From the human T2T-CHM13v2.0 reference genome, Homo sapiens, in the NCBI RefSeq assembly GCF_009914755.1, contig NC_060928.1: 64,000 bases of DNA; one strand, given 5' to 3'. Shown in pieces: positions 1-12,978 of this stretch. The number at the start of each line of letters is the position of its first letter. Within the stretch, counting starts at the first letter, position 1. Under the pieces are notes generated by a model that had not been told where the DNA came from, did no database searches, and worked only from the letters and a program-made list of their open reading frames with translations. Position numbers and translations under genes: made by a program.

Positions 1-22
1 GCGTGAGCCACTGCGCCAGGCC
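1..22 (-). mobile_element. Alu 5' end (element continues outside the window)
   Basis: gcgtgagccactgcgccaggcc is the reverse complement of the Alu start GGCCGGGCGCGGTGGCTCACGC. Confidence 0.85.
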
Positions 23-135
23 CTGTGGTTTCATTTTTTACATTTCAATCTCTGATCCATTTGGAGTTGACTCTGGGATATGCCATAAAGTCAGATCCCA
101 TTCTATCTTTTCTAAATGTTTATCCAGTTGTTCTT
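23..135 (-). mobile_element. Old L1M ORF2 3' fragment
   Basis: tctctgatccatttggagttga...tatccagttg resembles antisense L1M; a related segment is at about 25010-25100. Confidence 0.6.
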
Positions 136-1074
136 ATAATGCTGAGTTTCACTTGGGCTCAGCACAGGCTTGCTTGTAGCCCCTACTGTGTGTTCTGGAA
201 AAAGGCTTCCTGAAAGGAGCCCCTTCCTCGAGGGACTCAGGCAAGACTCACGATGCCCCCTGGTTTACCAGGGGCAAGGCCAGCCCCAGACCCCCCAGCC
301 CCTCTGCCTGGTGAATGATCCATGGGACTGCTCCTCCCACTGAGGTGATGGCCCCACCGCCCCCAGGAGCTCTGCCTCTGAGGACCCTCCAGCCCCTCGA
401 AGACTGTGCAGGAAGGACAAAGCCCCTGCCTCAGTGCCATCCGGACAAGAGGAAGGTGGCAGGTCCAGGAGGAGCCTGTGGGGTGGAGGAGGCTGGCGGG
501 GGGGTCACCTTGCGAGGGGCAGGCCGCAGACACCTCAAGAGCCAAGCTGAGGGTCAAGCTGTGGACGCTGGAGCAGAAGGGAGGGGCGGGAAGGCTCCGC
601 TAGACTCGGGGGCCCGGTGCAGGTGTCCAACAGGGTCGGGAAGGCCTGGGCTATGGGGTGAGGCTGGGGAAGCAGAGTCCAGAGTGGGGTCAGGGAAGCT
701 GAGTCAGGCAGGGGAGGGGCACCCGGGCCTGGCAGGACAGGATACGGGCTGAGGGGGCAGGCCCCAGGGATCCGGTCTCAGGACGAGCTTTTCCAAAGGT
801 GTCTTCCATGTGCAGCTGGCCCTACACCCAAGGTCACTTTCTATCCTGCAGCCGGAAGGTGTCCAATCCATCGGAAGGCAGGGTCAGTTCTGACGGATCC
901 AACTGGCTGGTCCCTCGCGGCTCAGTTCAGCTGCTCTCAAAACTTCCTGACTGACCCCTGGGTTAGTTGACACAGGCCGGGGGACCTGAGGCTCCTGCAA
1001 CAGAGCTGGTGTGCGGGGCAGGTGGAGGTGGGGCTGATGGCTGCCCCTCTGCTTTAGGACAGAGTGCAAGGTGG

Positions 1075-1215
1075 CCAGGAAAACATGCCACAGACCAGGG
1101 GCTTTCACCACGGAAATGAATCGTCTCCCAGTTCTGGAGGTCAGAAATCCGAGGTCAAGGTGTCAGCAGGGATGGTTCCCTCCTGGGTCTGCAAGGGAGA
1201 GCGTTTCCCAGGTGC
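1075..1215 (-). mobile_element. MLT1 (MaLR) LTR fragment
   Basis: cagttctggaggtcagaaatccgaggtcaaggtgtcagcaggg is a typical MLT1 core. Confidence 0.75.
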
Positions 1216-1653
1216 AGCTCCTGGGATGACTGGCTGCCCTTCCCAGCTACGTGTGCTGGACGCAGCCTGTGAGGCAGCAGCACTGCTCCCATGGCCTCAG
1301 CCCCAGAGCTGGGGTTCAGAAAGGCCGAGTCTTCCAGAAGGTTGCACAGCGTTTTGGGGTCCAAGCAGGTTTCCATCACGAGGCCAGCACCTGAAACGCA
1401 GAGCTCCATGATTGGGTGCTGTGCCAAGATGTGTTTGTCAAACCTGACACATCTTTTTAAGAGGTTACAGAACTCTGCTCCCAATGGCTCTGATGCTCTC
1501 ACGGAGACGCTGGGACCCAAACTGAGAGAGTAGGAGAGAGAGGTTGCCAAGGAAACCTGCCCAGAGATGCAGCTGGCAACATTAGCGCCCATCACTTTCA
1601 CAAGCCTGTGGTGTGGAAGTCAGGCAACCACAGGGCACATGCACCTGCTGGGG

Positions 1654-3130
1654 GTGTGCACACATGAACATATATGTATGCGTGTGAGCAGGTGTACACG
1701 TCTGTGTGTGAGCAGGTGTGGACATGTATATGTGTGTGTGAGCAGGTATGCACGTGCCTGTGTGTGTGAGCAGGTATGCATATATGTGAGCAAATGTGCA
1801 CATGAGTATGTGTGCATGGCAACAGGTGTGCACATGTGTATGCATGTGGGCAGGTTGCACTTGTGTCTGAGTGTGAGCAAGTGTGCACATGTGTATGTGT
1901 GCATGTGAACAGATGTGCACGTGTGTGAGAGCAGGTGTGCATATGTGTGTGAGAGCAGGTGTGCATGTGTCTGTGTGTGAGCAGTTGTGCGTGTGTGTGA
2001 GCAGTTGTGCACATGTGTATGTATGTGTGGGCAGGTGTGCACATGTGTCTGTGTGTGAGCAGGTGTGCACATGTCTGTGTGCATGTGAGCAGATGTGCAT
2101 GAGTGTGGGGGCAGGCGTGCACATGTGTATGTGTGTAAGCAGATGCGCATGTGTGTTTGTGTGAGCAGGTGTGCACGTGTGTGGGGGCAGGTGTACACAT
2201 GTGTACGTATGTGAAGGCAGGTGTGCACGTGTGTCTGAGTGTGAGCAGGTGTGCATGTGAATGTGGGCAGGTGTGCATATGTGTGGGCAGGTGTGCACAT
2301 GTGCATGTATGTGTGGGCAGGTGTGCACATGTGTATGTGAAGGCAGGTGTGCACGTGTGTCTGAGTGTAAGCAGGTGTACATGTGTGTGGGCAGGTGTGC
2401 ACATGTGTATGTATGTGTGGGCAGGTGTGCACATATGTATGTATGTGAAGGCAGGTGTGGACGTGTGTCAGTGTGAGCAGGTGTGCACGTCTGTGTGCAT
2501 GTGAGTAGGTGTGCACATGTTTAGGCAGGTGTGCACATGTGTATGTGTGTAAGCAGGTGTGCATATCTGTGAGCAGGTGTACACATGTGTATGTATGTGA
2601 AGGCAGGTGTTCACGTGTGTCTGAGTGTGAGCAGTTGTGCATGTGTGTGGGCAGGTGTGCCTGTGTCTGTGTGAGCAGGTGTGCACATATGTGTGTATGT
2701 GAAGGCAGGTGTGGACGTGTGTTTGTGAGCAGGTGTGCACGTCTGTGTGCATGTGAGTAGGTGTGCACGTTTAGGCAGGTGTGCACATGTGTATGTGTGT
2801 AAGCAGGTGTGCATATGTCTGTGAGCAGGTGTGCATGTGTGTGGGGGCAGGTGTGCACATGTGTATGTGTGTGCAGGTGTGCACATGTGTATGTGTGTGG
2901 GCAGGTGTGCACATGTGTATGTATGCATGTGGGCAGGTGTGCACATATTTGTGTGGGCAGGTGTGCACATGTGTATGTGTGTAAGCAGGTGTGCACATGT
3001 GTCTGTGTGAGCAGGTGTGCACTGTGTGTGGGCAGGTGTGCACATTTGTCTGTGTGTGTGGGTCAGGTGTGCACATGTGTCTGTGTGTGTGGGCCAGGTG
3101 TGCATATGTGTCTGTATGCATCTGTGTGTG
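1654..3130. repeat. ~1.5 kb TG-rich minisatellite, irregular ~22-30 bp unit like GCAGGTGTGCACATGTGTATGTGTGTG(A/G)
   Basis: Directly visible; it produces the His/Thr/Cys-rich ORFs in the track. Confidence 0.95.
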
Positions 3131-3764
3131 GGGGGGGGCATTGCTCTCCCAGATACAGTGTTAGTGGGAGTCCCAGGCAGTCCCAGGCCCACAGAGCTTC
3201 CTCCCCTCTCCACAGGCTGGGGAGGCAGGAAGATTAATTTGAGCTATGCGGCTGGAAGGGCCCAGCCTGAGGACAGGGACCTTTTCAGAGGCGGGAGGCC
3301 GCCGGCGGTGGTGACTCCAAGCCCCGCCCCTTCCCTAGTTTGTGTCCACTCAGCGTCCTGCCCTGGTCACCAGCACCAGCAAGGCTTCCCAGACACGGCA
3401 GTTGACATTCCTTACTTTTTTTTAGCCCAGGGCTAGGTATGCTGCAGGTGGTCCATAAATGCTGCCCTGGATGCTTTTTGCAGGAGAAATCATAGGAAGG
3501 GGAGGGACACCCCACCCAGCCTCATGCCCGCAGGTGAAGGATCGGGCAGAACAAGAACAGGAGGTGGGCCTGGAGCTAAGGGGGTCCTTTTTATGTCAAG
3601 CGTCCCTTTATATGTCTCTGAGTGCCATGACACACTGCTTGGCAATGAATGGCTCGTTTAAATTCGCATTTGCCAGCCTAGTTCCCCTCCTGCACCTCTG
3701 CCCATGCATTGCTTTGCACTTGCTTTTTGTGGGGGCTTTGCTCCCTGGGCCAGGCAGGGAGTGA

Positions 3765-4106
<342 letters not shown>

Positions 4107-6909
4107 CTTCTACTTTCTAGTTTGTCTCCCTCTGAGTGACTCTCCATGAATCAGGGACCTGGCGTGAAGGAGCCACAGAATCTCCAGTGGGCAATTGTGG
4201 GGCTGATGAAGGATGTTTTGGGGTGAGAGGGGTGGTTAGGGAAACCAGCAGGGGCTGGGAAAGCCCGTTTACCTGGAGCTTACCTGGGAGCACCTGGAGG
4301 AGCAGCCTCACCTGGACATTGTCCAGAAAATTACCCTTCCCTGCCTTGGGCCTGGAGGGGCAAGGGCAGAGGCGCTTCCCGCACCTGGTGGGCACTGATT
4401 TCCAGGAGCTGCTGGACCTCTGGGGTGACCCAGGTGGCCCTCCCACAGCCCAGCGGTCAGGGAGCAGGGGCCTCATGTGCCCAGACCCACCTCATTGAGG
4501 GCAGGAAGCCTGAGGGATTCTGTGCGCAGGGGAAGCCTGGGTCCAGGGCTGAGGCTTGTGCATTCGTCCACTCTGTCCTTGAGGGCTGTGCGTGCCTGAC
4601 AGCAAGGAGCTTGGTCCATATATACTCTTTCTTTGTTTTTCTGACGCCGTGGACCCTCCTCTGTGTGCAAGGGAGGCCCTGGGCCCGGCTGCTGGAGCAC
4701 TGACCACCCGCATGGCTGGTGCTCTGAGAGGCCGGATTTAGGCCCAGGCCTGAAACTCCCAGCCAGGCTGCCTCCCAGGCCAAGGACTGTGAAATGTGTT
4801 CTGAAGACAGCAGGCTCCCAGGGTTTTGAGCCTGGGGGTGACTCTGGCGTTTGAAAGACCCCTCTGGCTGCTGTTGGGGGAATGGTCTGCAGGGCAGGAA
4901 GGAGGCCGCTCCCAGCCCAGAGAACCACACCTAGGCAATGGTCAGAAAGTCTTTACGTGTAGGGCAGATGGTGCGCTGTGGGATCCCCTGCATCCAGCGC
5001 TGGCCCAGGCGCCTTGGCAGGGGACCGGCTGCACCTGCTTCTCTCTTCTCTCTCCCCCTCCCACTTCCCCATCAGGAACTGGGTCCTGCTGGCTCAGGGT
5101 AGACTGCCATGGCGACAACCACCTCTGCAGCGCTGAGTTCCTGGAAGCCTCACTTTGTCTTTGCTTTATCACGGGGGAGATGAGGAGAGAACTGAGACCC
5201 AGACAGGAGCTGCTCCTGCCCTTGGCCTCATGTCCATATGCCACAGCTGTCTCTGATTGGTTGCCCTGGGGAGTGGGCCCTACCCCAGGCCTCAGCAAGT
5301 CCCTGTGGGGGTCACTGGGCAATTGTGGGCCAGAGCAGTGTGGGCAGAGCTGTGGGTGGCTGCACTTGGTCCCACTGCCTTTTCAGTGCAGCCATTGCTG
5401 TCTCTGTGGCATATTCGAGCTAGGGTGGGTCTCTGAGCTCCCGCCTCAGCTTTCTGCCTTGGGGGCCCTGCCTGGGGACTTTTCGTCATTCAGTACATCT
5501 CCCTGTTGGCCTTCCAGAGCCACCCACCTCCTCTTCATCCTTGATCTGTAGCAAAGTGGATGTGAATGTCCCTGAAAGACTCAGACCCTCCCCGTCTGGA
5601 GACCCTGCCTGAATGCAGACTGTCATCATCTCTTCTCATCCATCTTCCTTTCTGGCCTGGGAGTAGCCAGAACCTTCCAGGGGCTTATCTGATCCTTGTT
5701 GGCCTCTCCAGGCCCTGGCGTGGGATGGTGTCAAGGAAGACAGGTGACGATTGATCATGAAAGCAATGAACAAATGGGTAGTGAGACTGCTGCTGGGTCC
5801 TTGTGAGAACCCTGCCTGGCCAGACCCACTAGGACTGTCCCATTCAACAGCGTAGGAGACTGAGTCTCCAGGTGGGGGATAAGGTTACCGTCTCAGGGGG
5901 GCGGCTCCTTGCAGTGTCCTGTCTGGTCCTCCTTCGTCTGCATAACTCTTATCATCCTTCAGGGCTCGGTTTAGGAGCTGCCTCTCCCGAGAGGCCTTCC
6001 TGGGCTCTTCTTTGTGTCCCTATTCCCCTTTCCTTACTTGGCCTCAGCCCTCCACTCCCCTTGCCTCCCCCTCTGTCCTGTGAGCTTCCCAAGGGCAGAG
6101 CTGGCTTTAGGGAGGCGCTGCCCAGAGGGACTTGCAGAGAGGATTGCTGTTCGTCTTCCAGATGGCCCAGGCAGCTCTCACGCTCTTGGTTCCACCCACA
6201 GAGGCCCTTGTTCCAGGGGTAGAGGGTCCTCCTGGGCCCTCCCCTGCACCTTTGGTTTGTCCCCAAGAGGACAGGCCATGCCTCCTTTACCTCTGGTGGC
6301 AACGCCCCCAATCCTGAGCCCCTCCACTCTCTCCGGGAACCCGGGTGCCTGGGGGTCCTTTACAGAGCTTCCGGGTGTCTGATAAGGGCTGCCACAGACA
6401 TACTGGCCAAGAGGAGAAACCAGCCTGGTTTTTTATTTTTGCACCTTCTTAAAAAGAAAACAACAGCATCAATATGTTAAAAATAAACTATTTTTACTTT
6501 AAAAGGGCAAAAACAGCCCAAACAAAGAGCCAATGAAAAGATCTTGGCTGGAGGTCCCGGCATTTACTCATAGCTGCCCAAGGGTGGAAATGATTCAGAC
6601 AGGGACCCATGGAGCAGGGCGCCAGCAAAGTACCAGCCCTACTGTGTGCCAGGGAATGGAGAGAACACCCCTGAGAAGCACATGGTGCCTGCACAGAGTG
6701 TGCTGAATGAACCAACAACAGGGCACGTGTCTTTAGAGTAGCTTCTGCCAGAGAGGAGGCATGTACACCAGTAGCTTGTGGGGCTGGGAAGTCAGGGAAG
6801 GCTTCCAGGAGGAGGTGGCGGGTCTGTGCTGAACTTTGAAAGGCATTCCAAGCAGAGGGAATGCTGTGGAGGAGCCAGTGTGGTGTGTATGGGGTACCTG
6901 TGCTGGCAG

Positions 6910-7015
6910 AAGGGTTCAGAGCAGCGCTCACAGGCCAGGGAGCCCCAAGTTCAAATCCTGCCCCACACCTGGAGGAGCTGGGACCTCTGGCAACCTGCTC
7001 ACCTCTCTGGGCCTA
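6910..7015 (+). mobile_element. MIR fragment
   Basis: gttcaaatcctg B-box-like segment followed by the cacctctctgggcct core. Confidence 0.55.
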
Positions 7016-7134
7016 TGTGCGTGTGTGCAAAGCCCCAGGCAGGGAGACCCAGCGGCTTCAGGGCTGTGTGTGTGGAGCATAGAGTGAGGGTGCTGCTGCC
7101 GCCGTACCAGCCCTGTCCGGTCAGCACCTTCCAG

Positions 7135-7275
7135 TGGGTTGTGCTTCCCCATTTGGCCAGACTATCTGTTATCTCACTGGGCCCCAAACACCCCTGGGAA
7201 GTAAGTGGGACTTTCAGAAGTGGGAAACAGCTGCTCAGAGAGGTTGAGTTACTGGCCCTGGGGCACACAGGCCAA
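7135..7275 (-). mobile_element. MIR fragment
   Basis: gggaaacagctgctcagagaggttgagttactggccc resembles the reversed MIR core. Confidence 0.55.
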
Positions 7276-7494
7276 AGAACAAGGAAATTAACCCTGAGTC
7301 GTTCTGTCTCGGCCACTTTGGTCTCTGATGTCTCTAGTCAGGGGAGCGGGGACCCCAGGGTGGGAGGGGGAATGAGGAGGCCCTGTGCATTGAGGGGCCG
7401 AGGGTCTTGGGCCAGGGTCAACATTCTTCTAAGTTGTTGTGGATTAGCAGGCCTCTTGGGGGCAGTTGCACTGGCTGAACTGGAAGGGAGTTTG

Positions 7495-7548
7495 AATTCA
7501 TTCATTCATTCATTCATTTACCCATTCATTCATTCATTCATTCACTCA
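7495..7548. repeat. (TTCA)n microsatellite, probably an L2 tail
   Basis: attcattcattcattcattcattt... seen directly. Confidence 0.75.
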
Positions 7549-9219
7549 TCCTCCTGGCTCCTTACTCTGCCCACACTGTGCTGGGCACCAAGGGCATGGG
7601 GGGCAGTGGCCTTTGGGCTCTGCTTCAGGAGCTGCTGCTCTGCGGGTGGGGGCTCACGAGCTGGGGTTCGCCAGGCCTCTGGGACCAGCATTCTCAGCTC
7701 ACCAGCCTCCCGCTAAGAAGGCCCTGGCACCTGTAAAATCCAGTTTCCAGGTTCCACTTGGAGACCTGGACTCAGGAAGTCAGAATGAGGTGAGGGACCT
7801 GCATTTATCACCTCCCTGCTGGTTCTGAGGCAGAGCCCATTGGCCACACCGGGCTGGCCTTTGTGGGACCTGGACTGGTCTGAGCCCAGGACCAGGCTAC
7901 TCCTGTTAGAAGCCTCTCGTGGGACCGCCCACTGCCCCACCTCCCTTCCAGGTCCCTAGGACTCCTGCAGAGGGAGGGGCTCGGGAGGGGCTTGCCAGGA
8001 TGTCTGAGGACCAGAGGTGGGGCAGCGGGGGGCCTCCAGTGGGACTGTGGGAGCTGTGTGGGGACGAGGACCGGGGCCTATAGGTGGTCAGAGAGCCAGT
8101 GGGTTAAGGGTGAGCTGAGCTGCCCGAGGCCATGGACCAGGGAGAGGCAGGCAGGGCATGCCTGGAGCCCTCGTCACTCCCTAGGCTGGCCTCCTTGGGC
8201 ACGTGGGTCGGGGCACTTCAAGCTTCGCAGGGAAGGCTCCTGGGGCTGGCCTGATCATCCCACAGGGTCTCGGGCCCAGGACCTCACTAGTGAAGTGGCA
8301 GGTTCTGGGCCTCCTTAGGGAATGTCCATAGGGAATGTGTATGTGTCCCGTTTCCTCGGTAAGGGATTGGAGGGGCAGGGAGCAGGGGCTCTTGGCTTCC
8401 CACCTGTGGTGGGCTCATAGCCCCCTTTGTAGGAGACCGTTGGCCTCTCTGAGCTTTAGTTAACTGTGTGGGAACCATGGAGACCTCACCGGTTGTTACG
8501 AGGCTCGAGTGAGTCAAAGATGGTGAGGCCAGGTGTGGCCTTGGCGCTCAGTAACTGCTCCAGATGGGCTGGCTGTCACCATTACCCCAAGCCTGTGCAG
8601 CCAGGAGTGATGAGCCCGGCAGGACCCCAGCTCCGATGTCTGCAGTCTCCCTGGGCTGTCCTGTGGGGCGCGGGGCTCCCTCTGCTTTAGGCTTCCGGCT
8701 TGTCTGGTGTCTGGGACCCCTCAGTGACCACATCTCCAGCCCCTTTCAGCCACCCCCTCCCCCGTGGGCTGAGGCAAGGACAGCTAACCCTCTCTCTTTC
8801 CCAGTCCGTCTTGGCTCGAGACCTTGGCTCCACGTCCCCCTGCCTGAGGTCTGGCCTGACCAGCCCCTGCCCGCCTCCGTATGTCCGAGGGCCTGCCAGG
8901 CACAGCCAGCTCCTGCCGTAGTCTGTCTGCCGGCCCCTTGAGCTCAGCGGTCTCTGATGCTGGCCGGAATGGCAGGAGGCTGCGTGCCATCGCTGTAACC
9001 ACTGTCAGGTGACTCCTCTTTTCTCAGGCAGGGACACAGAGCAGGATGTGGGGCCAGGCAGGAAACCACAGGGTCTCTGTGTCCCTCAGACACCTGGGAC
9101 TGGAATGGACACTGTGGCCCTACAGGGTAGAGAGGGTTGCCATCCCACCGAGCAGGGGAGTGCCCTTGGACTCTGCCCAGCAGAGAGGTCTCCTCAGAGC
9201 TCAGACATCCTTGGGCCTC

Positions 9220-9346
9220 CCTCCTTGTCCCTGTCTGTGTCCATGAGCACCAGCCTGAGATGTCCCCATGGTGGGACAACAATGATGCATTTCAGCACTT
9301 TTAGCTTGGCCCCAGGGAGTAGGTAGGGCTAGGCTAGATTTGTCAA
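9220..9346 (+). mobile_element. L2 3'-end fragment
   Basis: Degenerate L2 terminus ending tttgtcaaatggatgagtg, contiguous with the GAAT/GAGT array. Confidence 0.45.
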
Positions 9347-10025
9347 ATGGATGAGTGAGTGAATGAGTGAGTGAAAGAGTGAATGAGTGAGTGAGTGAAT
9401 GACTGAATGAGTGAGTGAGTGAATGGGTGAATGAAAAAATGAGCAGGTGAGTGAGTGAGTGAGCAAGTGAATAAGTGAACAAGTGAATGAGTGAGTGAGT
9501 GAATGAGTGATTGAGCGAATGAATGAGTGAGTGAGCAAATGAATGAATGAGTGAATGAGTGAGTGAGCAAATGAATGAGTGAATGAGTGAGTGAGTGAAT
9601 GAGTGAGTGAATGAATGAATGAGTGAATGGATGAGTGAGTGAATGAGTGAGTGAGTGAATGGGTGAATGAACAAATGAGCGGGTGAGTGAGTGAGCAAGT
9701 GAATAAGTGAACAAGTGAATGAGTGAGCGAGTGAATGAATGAGTGAATGAGTGAGTGAGTGAATGAGTGAGTGAATGAATGAATGAGCAAATGAATGAGT
9801 GAATGAGTGAATGAGTGAGTGAATGAGTGAATGAGTGAGCAAACGAATGAGTGAGTGAATGAGTGAGTGAGTGAGTGAATGAGTGAGTAAATGAGTGAGT
9901 GAGTGAGTGAATGAATGAATGAGTTAGTGAATGAGTGAGTGAGTGAATGAGTGAGTGAGTGAATGAGTGAGTGAGTGAATGAGTTAGTAGGTGAGTGAAT
10001 GAGTGAGGGAATGAGTGAGGGAATG
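9347..10025. repeat. ~680 bp compound (GAGT/GAAT)n tetranucleotide array
   Basis: Directly visible. Confidence 0.95.
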
Positions 10026-10261
10026 AAGAAATGAATTAGTGAGTTCAGAGCCCATAGACCCTGGAGGACGAAGGTGCATTAGGCCCCTTCAGTTCAGCGA
10101 GTTCCTGGGAGGTCTCTGGATGCTGTGGGGTGCTAAGTTGTCACCTCATGATCCACGCAGATGGGGCCTCACTGGCCTGGGGCCAGGCTCAGGGAGGAGG
10201 AGGATGCATCCCTGTTCCTGGGGACCAAGCCACAGTGGGGTGGGGCACGTGGGTGAATGCA

Positions 10262-10465
10262 GAGTCGCCTGCCTGGGTTTGCTTTCCATCTCTGCCCTTG
10301 CCTGCTGCTTGGCCCTGGGCCTTCTACTTCACCTCTCTGCTTCTGCTTATTTATCTGCAAAATGGGCCTAGTGGGGGAGCTGTGAGGATTGCATAACTGT
10401 GGTGCATGAATGTGTATGTAGGGCGGGGCCTGCACATGGGAAGCCCGATTAGGTATCAGTATCAC
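10262..10465 (+). mobile_element. MIR
   Basis: gcctgggttt...acttcacctctctg...atctgcaaaatggg...tgtgaggatt follows the MIR core order. Confidence 0.7.
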
Positions 10466-10599
10466 TGGGCCAGGCACTCTGTGGGCTGCTCCCAGAAGCC
10501 CATCCTACAGAATTCACACACCCGGCATGCTCACCCTGCAGCCTGGCAGCCCTGTCTTCTCCCAAGCACATCTTCCACGGCCCTCACCCCACGCAGCTG

Positions 10600-10730
10600 C
10601 CCTGCCCCTCAGGCTCTTCCTCAGCCTGCTGGAAGCTGGTGCCTCAGGGCCTTTGCACTTGCTGCCTGGAACACGATTCCCTGTGTCCACGTGGCTCCCT
10701 ACCGGCCCCCATGTCTCTCCCTAAGCAACC
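10600..10730 (+). mobile_element. L2 fragment
   Basis: ctcagggcctttgcacttgctgcctggaac is an L2 hallmark. Confidence 0.65.
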
Positions 10731-11664
10731 CCAGCGAGGTCTCCCCTGCAGGTGACCCCCCTGTTTTATGGGTTTTGTCTCTCGTGCACTCTTGCTCCCT
10801 GTGGCTTTCCTGGCATGGATCGGGCACTCGGAGTGCATGTGGAAAGAAGGAATGGTCTACAAGGAGCAGTGCAAAATGCGCTACACACAGGCGTGTGCAG
10901 CCGTGAACCCAGGACAGGGCTGAGGCCTCACATTGAGTGTCCAGGGGAGAGGAAGGATGTGTCCAGAGCCTGGGCGGAGGGCAGGGCCAGGCCCGGCCCG
11001 GGACAGAGGAGACGGTCTATGCTAGCTGCGTAGGGGTCCCGGCTTTGTCCCGAGGGCAATGGGAAACCACAGAGGCTACAGGCAGAGCCATGCTGTACAA
11101 ACCCTCCCTGGAGAAGGTTAATGACAGGTGGGGGAAGAGGAGGGCCAGGCTGGGGGCAGGCCCAGGGCAGAGCTGGCGGCCAAGGTTGTGCACAGATGGT
11201 GAGACACTCACAAGCAGGGAGACTGTGCCAGGGGCCATCTGACCTCGCTGGACACAGAAGAGTGAAGAGGCCTCCTCCCTCTGAGCAGAGCCCAGGGCCC
11301 GCCCTCGCCCCGGACACTGTCTGCCGAGGGCACGCACCCTTCCTCCCTCTCCACTGAGGTGGGGGCACTGCTTTCTGACCTGGCAGGCAGCCCTGGGCAG
11401 AGGGAGCTGAGCTCTGTCCTGCCTCCGACTGTGTGTGCGTGAGAGATGGGGGCCCGGGGGGTGAGCAGGGCTGTCCTTCGTCTAGGCAGCCTGCAGGGGT
11501 GGTGCGCGCACCGGCCAGGTGGGGCTGCTCAGTGTGCGCTGTGGCCATGGCAGGGGAGGGCTTATTAACATGCAGCTGTCAGGTCTGGATATAGCTTGGC
11601 CAGGGGCCAGGCTGAGCTTGAAGGAGTGATAGTTTGCAGTGGTGGGGCTCATTTTAGGGGGCTC

Positions 11665-11762
11665 CATGACAGCGGGGATAGAACTTATTTGTCTCTGTAC
11701 TCTCAGCATCTAGCACGATGCTTGGAACAGAGTGGAGGAGAGTAGACTTTCTGTAGAATGGA
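11665..11762 (+). mobile_element. L2 3'-end fragment
   Basis: ctgtactctcagcatctagcacgatgcttggaacagagt resembles the L2 terminus. Confidence 0.6.
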
Positions 11763-12264
11763 TCAGCAGTGGGGTCCCACAGCCCCACCCAGGGTTCGAG
11801 TCAGCGTGGCACGCATTCAAGGAGAGTCTCAAGGGTTCCACGATGAATGCACTGCTGTCTGCAAGATGAGAGGTGGCTGGTAGGGCAGGGAGGGCTTCCT
11901 GGAGGCACTGGGGCAGGGAGGGATCATGGGGTGGTCACTCTCTCAGGGCAGAGTTAGCTCCAGGGCTGTGGCCTGTAGGCGCCAACCCTGGGGAGCTGCT
12001 GGTCCTCTCCTCTGCAGAGCGCTGCCCTGTCCTGCCCCTGGAACCCCTGGGTAGAGTTCTGTGACCCAGCACACCTGGACGGTTCAGGCTGGCCCCTGAC
12101 TGTGCAGAGAGAGCAGAGGCCCCAGGCCACCGTGGAGGTGCTTGAGCCTATGGTCCAAGGTAGAACCACGTGAGGAGGGCTTTGATGCATGAGGAGTCAG
12201 AGCCAGGCCGAAGCATCTGGGGTCAGTGACACAGGCTCCGGAGAGCTGGCTGTGCTCCTGTGTC

Positions 12265-12410
12265 TCCTCCCAATGCTGCTTTCAGTGCCTTGGGGGCTCC
12301 AAGTCAGCCACGGTTGGGTTTACACCATGGATATCAGCAAATGCTAAAGTCAGGGCTCTCCCAAGCCCCGATACAGAGCCAGTTGTTAAATCTTTACCAG
12401 CACGGCACTG
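12265..12410. mobile_element. MER63-like hAT DNA transposon fragment
   Basis: Ends agagccagttgttaaatctttaccagcacggcactg, matching my recollection of the MER63 terminus (...TTTACCAGCACACCACTG). Confidence 0.6.
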
Positions 12411-12474
12411 ACAGGGAAGAGGGAGAGCTCAAAACAGAGAAAGGTCCCAGGCCGAAGGTGTGGAGAGGACGCCC

Positions 12475-12745
12475 AGCACATGCAGGCACATATAGACACG
12501 CTTACATGCAGACACAGATACATCCAACACGCGAAAACACAGAGACTTCAGACAGGCAGACAGACACATGCACTCACCCACACGCCACAGGCACAGCTAT
12601 GCCCCAACACACAGACACATGCACACATACATTCACCCATGAGAGCACACTCAAACAGGTTTGCATACAGTTAGAAACACACACTGGAACTCTCAGACAC
12701 ACAACTCCATGTGTACACACAGCCACACACAGATGCACACACACA
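12475..12745. repeat. CA-rich low-complexity tract
   Basis: Degenerate (CA)n visible. Confidence 0.7.
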
Positions 12746-12978
12746 GGCAGGTGAGGCTCAAGGCTGTGCAGCCTTGTCTTGCTGCCGTCTTTCCCCTGGC
12801 TTGGGCTTGTAGAGGGTGTGTTTCTGACAGCTGCCCAGCCCTACCCTGGGGGCTGCTTGATCTGGCCTCTGTTCATTGGCCACACTCTGCTAGGATATGG
12901 CCCCAGTTTGGGCCATTGATTGACTCATTGTCCCTTCACTTATCACACACTTTTCATTTATGACCCAAATATTTGCTC

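Noticed and set aside
1582-3237. His/Cys/Thr-rich ORFs resembling metal-binding or zinc-finger proteins
   Set aside because: Translation artefact of the TG/CA minisatellite; open in several frames on both strands.
6778-7716. 312-aa ORF, and similar 200-280 aa ORFs at 4826, 14568, 35431, 50868 and 53431
   Set aside because: No recognisable domains, most lack an ATG start, several cross MIR/L2/LTR remnants, and such ORFs are expected by chance in GC-rich DNA.
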